Below, piece after piece: positions 39,509 to 48,070 of a stretch of 63,519 nucleotides of DNA (position 1 is its first letter; each line of letters starts with the position of its first letter). The notes below the pieces were generated by a model. The model did not search any database, was not told the DNA's origin, and saw only the letters and a program-made list of their open reading frames with translations. The stretch spans positions 1-63,519 of the forward strand of contig JACRKZ010000049.1 of NCBI GenBank assembly GCA_016235455.1. Direction: 5' to 3'. This DNA comes from Armatimonadota bacterium (lineage in GTDB: Bacteria; Armatimonadota; UBA10988). The translations under genes were made by a program, and so were the position numbers.

Positions 39509-41752
39509 ATGGATCTGCGACTGCGGCCCGCGGACGAGTCCAGGCTGGGCTCGCTCCGCGCGGCCATCCTGAACTCGGAGTTCCGCGTGGCGCTGCATCG
39601 CGCCCGCACCTACACCAGTGCCTTTGAGGAAGCCGAGGCCGACGGCACGGCCTGGGTCGTGGCCAAGGCCCGCGCCTTCCGCGCGCATCTGCGCACGATG
39701 CCGCTGTGGCTACGGCCGGGCGACCAACTGGCCGGCTCGCTCACCGAGTTCCCCGGCGCCATGCCGCTTATCGTCGAGTTGGGCATCGGCGAGAACGGCA
39801 TCTTCACCGACGAGGACCCGCATCGCGCCGGCTACCTGCGGGGTGCGGTGCCCCAGGAGATCCGCGACTTCTGGCAAGGGCGCAACATGCGCGGACGTTG
39901 GCGCGGGTACATGACCCAGGTGCTCGACCGCGGGGCGCCCGACGCCGAACGGCTGCCCTACAAGTTCCTGAGCTGCCAGGGTCATCTCAGCCCCAGCTAC
40001 CGCGCTCTGTTGCGCTCGGGCCTCGGTGGCCTGCGCGAGCGCATCGCGCGGCGCCGCATGGCCGAGACCGATCCCTCGGCCAAGGAATGGCTGCTGGCCG
40101 CCGACCTGTGCGTGCAAGGCGTGTGCGAGTGGATCGGCCGCTATGCGCGGCTGGACGAGGTGGCGCGCGACCCGGAAACGGCCCGCATCGCCGCGCGGGT
40201 CGTCAGCGAGCCGCCCGAGACCTTCCGTGAGGCGCTGGCGCTGCTGTGGTTCTGTCACCAGGCCATCCACATCGAAGGCCATGGCTACTCCTGCACGCCC
40301 GACCGACTCGACCAGATCCTCTACCCCTTCTACCGCGCCGACCTGGCCGCCGGCCGGCTGACCAACGAAGACGCGCTGGCGCTGTGCTGCAACTTCGTGC
40401 TGAAGATGCGCGACAACACGTTCTGGTCGGTTGAGCACAACCTGACCCAGGGCATCAGCCTCGGCGGCTCGTCACCGAGAGGCGACGATCAGACCAACGA
40501 GCTGAGCTGGATCTGGCTGCGCGCGGCCGAGCTGATGGCGCTGCCGGAGCCGCTGGTCTGGGTGCGCTGGCACGAGCGCATCGACCGCGACTTCCTGGAC
40601 CGTTGCCTGACCACGCTGTCGGGCCGCACCTGCTTCCCGCTGTTTATGAGCGACACCACCGTGCCGTCCATGTTCATGGGGCTCGGCGTCGACCGCGACG
40701 ATGCGCACGACTACGTGGCCGTGGGCTGCAACGAGCTGGCGCTGCCCGGCAAGGCATACTTCAACCCGTGCGCCTGGGTCAACTACCTCGACGCGCTGTG
40801 GCGCGCCATGGCCCAGCCCGAATCCGAGCAGGGCTTCGGCCGGCTGCTGGGCGCCATCGAGGGGGTCATCCGGCAGCAGGTCGAGCGATCGTATGCCGAC
40901 GGCATGGTGGAGCTGGAGTTCCAGCGCCGCTATGCCCAGTCGCCCTTCACCTCGTGCTTCTTCGACGGCTGCGTCGAGGACGGCCACGACTTGGTGGACG
41001 GCACGCGCTACAACCTGCTGTCCTGCGGCGGCACGGCCTTCGCCAACCTGGTGGACTGCCTGTCCGCGCTACGCTCCGTGGTCTATGGCCCCCAGCCAGT
41101 CACACTGGCCCAGGTGCTGGTCGCCTGCGCCGACAACTTCGTCGGCCACGAGCTGCTGCGCGCCCGGCTTCAGGCGGCGCCCAAGCACGGCAACGACGAC
41201 CCGCGGGTGCTGGACATCATCCATCTGGTGGAGCGGATGCGCGACGAGGCGGTGGAAGCGGTCTGCTTCGACCCGCGCGACGGCGCGCCCTTTGGCAACA
41301 GCCACGTGGTGCGATCGTCGGCAGTGCTCGCCGGCCGGCACACGGGCGCCACGCCCGACGGCCGGCTGGCCGGTGAGCCGCTGGCCGGGTCGGTGGCGGC
41401 CGCGCACGGCGAGGAGCGTTCGGGGCCGACGGCGCTGCTGGCCTCGGTGCTCGCGCTCAGTCCGCGCAGTTGGCGCTCGGGCTACAACGTCAACCTGCGC
41501 CTGAGCCGCGACATGCTGACCGACCGGCGCGCTCGCGGGCGCGTGCGCGCCCTGCTCGACGCCTACTTCGCCGCGGGCGGCCAGGAGCTACAGATCAACT
41601 GCGTGGACAACGCCACGCTGCTGGCCGCGCGGGAGTGCCCGCACGAGTACCGCGATCTGGTGGTGCGCGTGGCGGGGTTCAGCGAGTTCTTCGTCAAGCT
41701 CGACCCGGCCCTGCAGGACGAGGTCATCAGCCGCGCGGAGCACCGCCTCTAG
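39509..41752 (+). CDS. Glycyl radical enzyme (pyruvate formate-lyase superfamily), substrate unknown
   Basis: C-terminal ELQINCV...YRDLVVRVAGFSEFF, Cys loop AVGCNE, GATPDGRLAGEPL and RLDQILYPFY. Confidence 0.9.
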   Translation: MDLRLRPADESRLGSLRAAILNSEFRVALHRARTYTSAFEEAEADGTAWVVAKARAFRAHLRTMPLWLRPGDQLAGSLTEFPGAMPLIVELGIGENGIFTDEDPHRAGYLRGAVPQEIRDFWQGRNMRGRWRGYMTQVLDRGAPDAERLPYKFLSCQGHLSPSYRALLRSGLGGLRERIARRRMAETDPSAKEWLLAADLCVQGVCEWIGRYARLDEVARDPETARIAARVVSEPPETFREALALLWFCHQAIHIEGHGYSCTPDRLDQILYPFYRADLAAGRLTNEDALALCCNFVLKMRDNTFWSVEHNLTQGISLGGSSPRGDDQTNELSWIWLRAAELMALPEPLVWVRWHERIDRDFLDRCLTTLSGRTCFPLFMSDTTVPSMFMGLGVDRDDAHDYVAVGCNELALPGKAYFNPCAWVNYLDALWRAMAQPESEQGFGRLLGAIEGVIRQQVERSYADGMVELEFQRRYAQSPFTSCFFDGCVEDGHDLVDGTRYNLLSCGGTAFANLVDCLSALRSVVYGPQPVTLAQVLVACADNFVGHELLRARLQAAPKHGNDDPRVLDIIHLVERMRDEAVEAVCFDPRDGAPFGNSHVVRSSAVLAGRHTGATPDGRLAGEPLAGSVAAAHGEERSGPTALLASVLALSPRSWRSGYNVNLRLSRDMLTDRRARGRVRALLDAYFAAGGQELQINCVDNATLLAARECPHEYRDLVVRVAGFSEFFVKLDPALQDEVISRAEHRL

Positions 41753-42678
41753 GCCCCGCTGGCGGCCCACAAGCGCTGGCCCAGGTCGATCAGGTAGTCG
41801 CTCTTCTCCACGGTCTCGCGCCAGGCCGCGGGGATGGCGTCGAGCCCGTTGTAGGCGCCGCTGACCGCGCCGGCGATGCAGGCCAGGCTGTCGCTGTCGC
41901 CGTTGGAGTTGGCCGCGCGCAGCACCGTCTGGCGATAGTCGCGCGGGCTGGCCAGGAAGCAGTACAGCGCGGCGGCCACGGCCTCTTCGGCCACCCAGCC
42001 ATCGCCCAGCAGCGCCAGCGCCTGATCGCCGTCGAGGTCGAGCGCCTGGTGCACGCGGCCCAGATGCCGCGCGAACTCGGTGCTGATGGGCTCTGTGGCG
42101 GCGAGCACGCCGTCCAGCAGCGCCATCGGCTCGACGCCGTCGAGCGCCAGCGAGACGGCCACGGCCGTGGCCACTGAGCCGGCCAGGGCGCAGGCGTGGC
42201 CATGCGTGGGCAGGCTGGTGGCCTGACCGAGCGCGTCGATGGCGGCCAGGTCGCCATGGTGCAGCAGGCCGATGGGAGCGCTGCGCATGGCGGAGCCGCA
42301 GCCCTTGGAATCGGGCACGCCCGAGGTGCGCCAGGGCACGCCGGCGGCCAGCGCGCGGCAGCCGCTGAGGCAGCTCATGCCTGGCGCGCGGTTGTTGTCC
42401 GGCGCGATGCTCCAGGATACGAAGCGCCTGGCCACCGCGGCCATGACCGTGTCCAGGTCGGCGCCTCGCGTTTCGAGTAATGCCTCGGCCAGCGCACACG
42501 ACATCTGGGTGTCGTCGGTGAATGTGCCCAGGGGGAACCTGTGATACGATACGAAGTCGGAGATGCCATCGTGGCCATAGCGGCTGCGTATGTCGTCGAG
42601 CGACATGAACTCGGTCGGGAAGCCGAGAGCGTCGCCCACGGCCAGACCGAGGATGCAGCCAACATAACGGTCCACCAT
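41749..42678 (-). CDS. ADP-ribosylglycohydrolase family protein
   Basis: GLAVGDALG, TDDTQM, GCGSAMR, THG and NGDSDSLACIAGA. Confidence 0.92.
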   Translation of the reverse strand: MVDRYVGCILGLAVGDALGFPTEFMSLDDIRSRYGHDGISDFVSYHRFPLGTFTDDTQMSCALAEALLETRGADLDTVMAAVARRFVSWSIAPDNNRAPGMSCLSGCRALAAGVPWRTSGVPDSKGCGSAMRSAPIGLLHHGDLAAIDALGQATSLPTHGHACALAGSVATAVAVSLALDGVEPMALLDGVLAATEPISTEFARHLGRVHQALDLDGDQALALLGDGWVAEEAVAAALYCFLASPRDYRQTVLRAANSNGDSDSLACIAGAVSGAYNGLDAIPAAWRETVEKSDYLIDLGQRLWAASGA

Positions 42679-42727
42679 CCGAGATCGCTCCTTACCTGTC
42701 CCAGCCAGCCGACGCTCTGAGCACGCC

Positions 42728-43867
42728 ATGCCAATCGCTGGACTCACCATCTTCTGGCGCGATGATATCCGAAGCTACGCCGTCGCGCTACTTGTCGCCG
42801 CGGCGGTCAGCATTCCCGCCGCCGCCTGGGCGCGCAAGTTGGCGCTGGATCGCGGCCTGGTGGATCCCACGGGCGGTCGCAAACAACACAAGCTGCCGAC
42901 ACCGCGTGTGGGAGGCTTCGGCATCTTTGCCGGATTCCTGCTCGGCTCGGTGACCGGGCTGCTGATGCTCGGCCGGCATCTGGGCGATGGTCGCGTGCTG
43001 GCCACCGTGCTGCCCATGCTGTGTGGCGCCACCCTCATGTTCTTTACGGGGCTGGCCGACGATCTCTCGCATCGCCAGGGCCGCGAAGGACTGCCGGCGG
43101 GGGTCAAGCTCGTGGCGCAGCTCGCCGCGGCCTGCGTGGTGGCCAGCGTGGCCCGCGTGCAGTATCTGCAGGTGCCCGGCGGCGGGTACATCAGCTTCCC
43201 CGAATGGCTGCAATGGGCCTCCACCGTCTTTTGGATCGTGGTCGTCATGAACTCGATCAACTTCATTGACGGCATGGACGGCCTGGCTGGCGGTGTCTCG
43301 CTCATCTTCGCGCTGTCACTGGCTCTGGTCGGCATCTCGCGCGCGCCCGGCGTCAAGTGCTACGGCGAAGCCGTGTTGGCCATCGCGCTGGTGGGCGGTC
43401 TGGTGGGCTTCCTGCGGCTCAATTTCCCGCCGGCCAAAGTCTTCATGGGCGATGGCGGCGCACTGCTGCTGGGCTATGTGCTGGCGGCCATCTCGGTCAG
43501 CGGCCTGATGAAGAGCGCCGCGCTGATCGGTGTCCTGGCGCCGCTGATGGTGCTGGCGCTGCCCATGGTCGACCTGGTCAAGGTGGTGGCCGGCCGCGTC
43601 ATGCGCGGCGAGAACCCCATGAAGGCCGACCGCACACACCTCCACCACCGGCTGGCCGATGCCGGCTGGTCGGTCTACAGCGCGTTGCTCTTCGCCTATG
43701 CCCTGGCGGGCCTGTGCGGCTGCGCGGCCATGTCGCTGCTGCGGTTGCGCGGCGCGGGCGTGGTGCTGGCGCTGACCGTGGCGCTCATGCTCATCGGCGT
43801 GGCCACCCGTCGACCGCGCGGCGGTGAATTGGACGGCGTGGAGTCCGGCGGCGACGATCCCGCCTAG
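42728..43867 (+). CDS. MraY/WecA-family undecaprenyl-phosphate GlcNAc-1-phosphate transferase (WecA/TagO-like)
   Basis: RKQHKLPTPRVGG, GLADD, NSINFIDGMDGL, FMGDGG and DRTHLHHRL. Confidence 0.9.
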   Translation: MPIAGLTIFWRDDIRSYAVALLVAAAVSIPAAAWARKLALDRGLVDPTGGRKQHKLPTPRVGGFGIFAGFLLGSVTGLLMLGRHLGDGRVLATVLPMLCGATLMFFTGLADDLSHRQGREGLPAGVKLVAQLAAACVVASVARVQYLQVPGGGYISFPEWLQWASTVFWIVVVMNSINFIDGMDGLAGGVSLIFALSLALVGISRAPGVKCYGEAVLAIALVGGLVGFLRLNFPPAKVFMGDGGALLLGYVLAAISVSGLMKSAALIGVLAPLMVLALPMVDLVKVVAGRVMRGENPMKADRTHLHHRLADAGWSVYSALLFAYALAGLCGCAAMSLLRLRGAGVVLALTVALMLIGVATRRPRGGELDGVESGGDDPA

Positions 43868-43955
43868 ACAACCGGGCCGACGCTTGGTTGCGCAATTTCC
43901 TCGGCTGGCACGAGATTTGCACCGTGGGCCACTGGGACAGAGTCCCAGGTGGTCC

Positions 43956-44381
43956 ATGAGCCTCTTGTACAGCATCGACGAGCCGACGGTAGCGAGCACC
44001 GTATCGCGCATCATTGTGGCTGACGCCGACGCCCGCACCGGCGAGGTGCTGGTCGATATGCTGGCCGCGCTGGGCTATGAGGCGAGTTGGTGCGGCACTG
44101 CTCACGAAGTCCTGTCGCGCTGCGCCGAGCAGCGGCCCGACGGCGTGCTGTCGGAACTCGAGTTGGCCACACCCGAGGGATTGCCCCTCATCAAGGCGCT
44201 GCGCCGCGCGCATCCCGGCCTGGCCGTGGGCGTGGTCACCGGCTGGCTGAGCCCGCCGCCTGGCAGTGCCGCGCTGCTCGGCGACCTGCCCGTGGTGGCG
44301 CACAAGCCGCTGTCGCTGGGCGACCTGGACCCGCTGGCCCGCGCCCTGGTCACGGGCGGCCGCGCGCGGGGCACGCGCTGA
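43956..44381 (+). CDS. Single-domain atypical response regulator (pseudo-receiver)
   Basis: Receiver pattern IIVADAD...PDGVLSELEL...VVTG...KPL, with Glu at the phosphoacceptor position. Confidence 0.65.
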   Translation: MSLLYSIDEPTVASTVSRIIVADADARTGEVLVDMLAALGYEASWCGTAHEVLSRCAEQRPDGVLSELELATPEGLPLIKALRRAHPGLAVGVVTGWLSPPPGSAALLGDLPVVAHKPLSLGDLDPLARALVTGGRARGTR

Positions 44382-44417
44382 CCTGACCCTTCGCGGCCGA
44401 CATCGACCCCCAAACAG

Positions 44418-44453
44418 CGAACGGCGGGACCGGCTAGCCGGTCCCGCCGTTCG
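44418..44453. terminator. Perfect 36-bp palindrome, probably a bidirectional terminator
   Basis: CGAACGGCGGGACCGGCT|AGCCGGTCCCGCCGTTCG between convergent genes, with a T-run on each strand. Confidence 0.8.
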
Positions 44454-44484
44454 TTTCACCTCTCGGTCGAGGCGCGCGCCAAGC

Positions 44485-45543
44485 TCAGAACTTGGTGCTC
44501 ACTTCGACCTGGAAGCGGTCGATGGTGCCGACGCCGGCGCCGGCCAGGGCCTGGTGGCGGTCCCAGCGCATGTAGGTGGCGCCCAACGTGACGTCCTTGT
44601 ACAGCGGGACGTTGTAGTTGAAGCGCAGACCCGAGCGGTAGCCAGCGCCACTGCCGAAGTCGCTGTCAGCCCAGGAGCTGAACAGCGAGTTGATGTTGGC
44701 CTGGCGATAGGTCAGGCTGGCGCTGCCGTTGCCCAGGAACTTGGGCATGTCGGCGCGAGCTTCCCAAGCCATCATCTGGGCCTGCTCGACGACGTTGGCG
44801 GTGAGGTCACCGGTCAACACGAGCGGGAACTTGCCCACGCTGAAGGCGTAGCGAGCGCGGCCGTGCAGGACGGCCATGTTGTCGCTCGGGAAGGCGGCCG
44901 GCAGCTGCGGCAGGCCGGCCACGGCGCCGCCGGTGAGCCGGCTGTAGTAGTACACGCCGAAGCCCAGGTCAACCTTCTTGAGGGTGGCCGTGATCTGCTC
45001 GCCCAGCATCCAAGCGTCATTGCTCATGACGCCGGCGTTGCGCACGCCGTAGTAGCTGGTGGTGCTCTTCACGTTGGTGAAGAGATCCTTCGACGAGCCG
45101 CCGTAGAGCTGGTAGCTCATGGCGAGGCCTTCCGGCGTGAGGTCCGGGTCGAAGATCATGTCGCTGGCCCAGAAGGGGTTCTTCATCTTGCCCAACGTCA
45201 GCGCGAAGCGGTCGTTGGGGGTGAAGGCGACATAACCCAGGTCGAGCATGACGCCCAGGTTGCCGTTCAGGTCGCCGCCAGCCAGCATGACATTGCGGCT
45301 GATGGGGTTGCCGGTGCCGGTCGCGAGGCCCACGCCCCACTTGACCTTGCCGTCGGCCACCGCGCCGGTGGCGTTGATGCGGGCACGCAGCAGCAGGTTG
45401 TCGTTGACGCCGGCCGCGCGCGGGGCAACGAGGTCATACCGGGCGCGAACATCGCCGCCCCACGTCCAGGTGGACTGGGCGAACGCGCTGTTGGAGAGGA
45501 CCATCACGGCCAAGCCGCAGATGGTCATGATCTGCTTTCGCAA
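44485..45543 (-). CDS. Putative outer-membrane beta-barrel porin
   Basis: Signal peptide ending AFA, WGGDVRARY, LTLGKMKNPF...FDPDLTPEG, alternating aromatic strands and C-terminal Phe. AAGGAG RBS before TTG 45543. Confidence 0.75.
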   Translation of the reverse strand: MRKQIMTICGLAVMVLSNSAFAQSTWTWGGDVRARYDLVAPRAAGVNDNLLLRARINATGAVADGKVKWGVGLATGTGNPISRNVMLAGGDLNGNLGVMLDLGYVAFTPNDRFALTLGKMKNPFWASDMIFDPDLTPEGLAMSYQLYGGSSKDLFTNVKSTTSYYGVRNAGVMSNDAWMLGEQITATLKKVDLGFGVYYYSRLTGGAVAGLPQLPAAFPSDNMAVLHGRARYAFSVGKFPLVLTGDLTANVVEQAQMMAWEARADMPKFLGNGSASLTYRQANINSLFSSWADSDFGSGAGYRSGLRFNYNVPLYKDVTLGATYMRWDRHQALAGAGVGTIDRFQVEVSTKF

Positions 45544-45780
45544 CGCAGTGCTCCTTCGCACCGGGTTGCCGCCCTCGGGCCGTCCAAGGTTTCCCCGCCG
45601 GCAGCGTCCCGGATCTTCGGATGGTTTGTCGCCAGGTCGTAACCGACCTGTCGATTCCCGGAAGCATAGCAGTCGATCAGCATTCGCGGCAAGGCCCCGA
45701 CCGGGATCGCTGCCGTTCTTTGAGACAGCGCAGGCGCGGCCGGGTTGCGGTAACGCGCAGTTCACACATCGCGGGCTTAT

Positions 45781-47514
45781 CTAGCCCTGTAGCTCACCGC
45801 CGCCCATCTGCAGCCGGTACATCCGCTGGTACCAGCCGTCCTGGGCCATCAACTCGTCATGGCGTCCGAGCTGCGCCAGGCGACCGTCGCAGATGACCGC
45901 GATCTGGTCGCAGCCGCGCACCATCGACAGGCGGTGGCTGATGGTGACCGAGGTGCGGTGGGCCATGAGCCGTTCCAGCGCCGACTGGATGATGGCCTCG
46001 CTCTCCGGCTCCACCGCCGCCGTGGCCTCGTCGAGCAGCAGGATGGCGGGGTTGGCCAGGAAGGCCCGGGCGATGCAGATGCGCTGCTTCTGGCCGCCCG
46101 ACAGCTTCACGCCGCGCTCACCAACCACGGTGTCATAGCCCTCAGGCAGCGCCTCGATGAAGTCGTGGGCATTGGCCTGGCGCGCGGCCTCGATGATCTG
46201 CTCGTCGCCCGCCTCGCCCGCGGCATAGGCGATGTTGTGCCGCACCGAGGCGTTGAACAGGAACGGCTCCTGGGTGACCACGCCGTAGTGCCGCCGCAGC
46301 GAGGTCTGCGTCACGGCGCGCAGGTCGTGGCCGTCAACCAGGATCTGCCCGGCTTGAGGGTCGTAGAGCCGCAGCAGCAAGGCCACCAGCGTGCTCTTGC
46401 CGGCGCCCGACGGGCCTACCACGCCGATCGACGCGCCGGCCGGCACCACAAGATCGAGTTCGGTCAGTGTCTGGTCGCGCTCGGGATAGGTGAAGCTGAC
46501 GCCGCGCAGGCTCAGCGCGCCACGGGCCTCGGCCAGCTCCAGCGCGTCGGGCGCGTCGGTGATCTCCAGCGGCGCGTCGAGCAACTCGAAGATGCGGCTG
46601 GCGGCGGCGTTGGCGCGCTGCACCATCTCGTTGGTGGTGGCCAACGAGTAGACCGGCTGGAAGAGCTGCCACCAGTAGCGGCTGAAGGCCATGATCGAGC
46701 CCACGCTCAGCGCGCCAGCCATGGCCCGTTGGGCGCCGACACCGATCATCGCCACCGATGACAGGAAGCCGACGGTGAACACCGACGGGAAGTAGATCGT
46801 GCGCGCCGTGACGCCGCGCAGGCTCTCGTGCAGGTAGCGCTCGTTCTCGACTGAGAAGCGCTGTGCCTCGGCCTCCTCGCGGGCGAAGGCCTTGATGACC
46901 AGCACGCCCAGCAGGTTCTCGCTCAACTTGGCACTGACATCGCCCAGCCGGTCACGCACGCGCCGGTACAGGTCACGGATACGGTTGTTGAAGAGCATCA
47001 CCAGCCCGAAAACGCCGGCCATGGGCAGCAGCGTGAGCAGGCCGATGCGCCAGTCGAGGTAGATGAGGATGGCTGCCACCATGACGAACTGCAGTGCGCT
47101 GTTGAGCACCTCAACCAGGCTGTTGAGCACCTCCTGCACGGAGTCGACGTCGCCTACCAGCCGCGCGATCAGGTCGCCCGAGCGCCGTTCATGGAAGAAC
47201 TGCATGCTGTGCGCCTGCACCCGCGCGTAGAGCTGATTGCGCAAGTCGCAAGCGAGGCGCTGCGTGCCTACGCCCAGCGCGTAGGTGCGCACGGCCGACA
47301 GCGCCGCGCCCACCAGATGTACGCCGAACATGACCAGCAGCGCGGGCACCAGCAGATGTGGTTGGTGCTTGGTCACGACATCGTCGATGATGAACTTCCA
47401 CACCAGCGGGTGGAAGAGCTGGGCCGGCGTGCTGAGCACGAGCGCCACCAGGCCGATCAGCAGGTAGCGGCGATAGGGCTTCATGAGCCCGAGCAAGCGT
47501 AGAATTGGCGTCAT
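45781..47514 (-). CDS. ABC exporter, fused permease/ATPase (MsbA-like)
   Basis: Transmembrane domain, Walker [18 protein letters not shown] and LLLDEAT. Confidence 0.92.
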   Translation of the reverse strand: MTPILRLLGLMKPYRRYLLIGLVALVLSTPAQLFHPLVWKFIIDDVVTKHQPHLLVPALLVMFGVHLVGAALSAVRTYALGVGTQRLACDLRNQLYARVQAHSMQFFHERRSGDLIARLVGDVDSVQEVLNSLVEVLNSALQFVMVAAILIYLDWRIGLLTLLPMAGVFGLVMLFNNRIRDLYRRVRDRLGDVSAKLSENLLGVLVIKAFAREEAEAQRFSVENERYLHESLRGVTARTIYFPSVFTVGFLSSVAMIGVGAQRAMAGALSVGSIMAFSRYWWQLFQPVYSLATTNEMVQRANAAASRIFELLDAPLEITDAPDALELAEARGALSLRGVSFTYPERDQTLTELDLVVPAGASIGVVGPSGAGKSTLVALLLRLYDPQAGQILVDGHDLRAVTQTSLRRHYGVVTQEPFLFNASVRHNIAYAAGEAGDEQIIEAARQANAHDFIEALPEGYDTVVGERGVKLSGGQKQRICIARAFLANPAILLLDEATAAVEPESEAIIQSALERLMAHRTSVTISHRLSMVRGCDQIAVICDGRLAQLGRHDELMAQDGWYQRMYRLQMGGGELQG

Positions 47515-47545
47515 GAGCGATAGGGTAGCATGCGGGCCAAGAGGG

Positions 47546-47730
47546 CTACGCCAGACGGTCGTTGGGCTCCAGCACGGCAAGGCCCGCCACGAGACTGAAG
47601 TGCCGCCGGTTGAAGGTCAGCAACGTGGCACTGCGCCCCAGCGCCAGCGCCAGCACCGCGACGACGCAGCCATGGATGCCAATGCCATCGGACAGACCGT
47701 GGCGCACGTACAGATCAAGCGCCGCGGCGC
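47546..47730 (-). pseudogene. C-terminal remnant of a PIN-domain (VapC-like) toxin
   Basis: AAALDLYVRHGLSDGIGIHGCVVAVLAL...ATLLTFNRRHFSLVAGL..EP matches a PIN C-terminus. The N-terminal part is missing and the usual acidic residue appears lost. Confidence 0.55.
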
Positions 47731-47966
47731 AAGTCCTGCGCATACTCGGCGCTATCGTCGATGTCGGTGCGGCCAGCCCGCATGCCGAAGAACTCAGAGT
47801 CCAGCAGATCGCCAAGCGTGTGCTTGGCTGGCGCCGCGGGCCGGGCGCCCGCCGCGTCGTTGATGACGATGTGAAAGGTGTGGGGTCCGGGCGTCACATC
47901 GCCGGGCAGCACCACGCGCAACTCGCCGTCAGGCCAGACGTCGGCCTGCACCGTCACCGTTCTCAT
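47715..47966 (-). CDS. Small putative antitoxin-like protein
   Basis: 83 aa, MRTVTVQADVWPDGELRVVLP...FFGM..RTDIDDSAEYAQDLR, directly upstream of and overlapping the PIN remnant. Confidence 0.55.
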   Translation of the reverse strand: MRTVTVQADVWPDGELRVVLPGDVTPGPHTFHIVINDAAGARPAAPAKHTLGDLLDSEFFGMRAGRTDIDDSAEYAQDLRRGA

Positions 47967-48070
47967 CGCGAATCGCCGTCTGCCATCCAGCATAGAGCGC
48001 GCGACCGTCGCCGACCACAGGAGCAGGTGCCGCCCCGCCACCGCCGAACGCAGCACACGGAGCGACCTCG

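Noticed and set aside
39509-41752. Calling the GRE pflB, cutC or hypD
   Set aside because: It lacks the PFL CC pair, and the specificity residues for the others cannot be confirmed by eye.
39509-42678. Glycyl-radical enzyme and ADP-ribosylglycohydrolase as a DraT/DraG-like regulatory pair
   Set aside because: The genes are convergent, no ADP-ribosyltransferase is present, and adjacency alone is insufficient.
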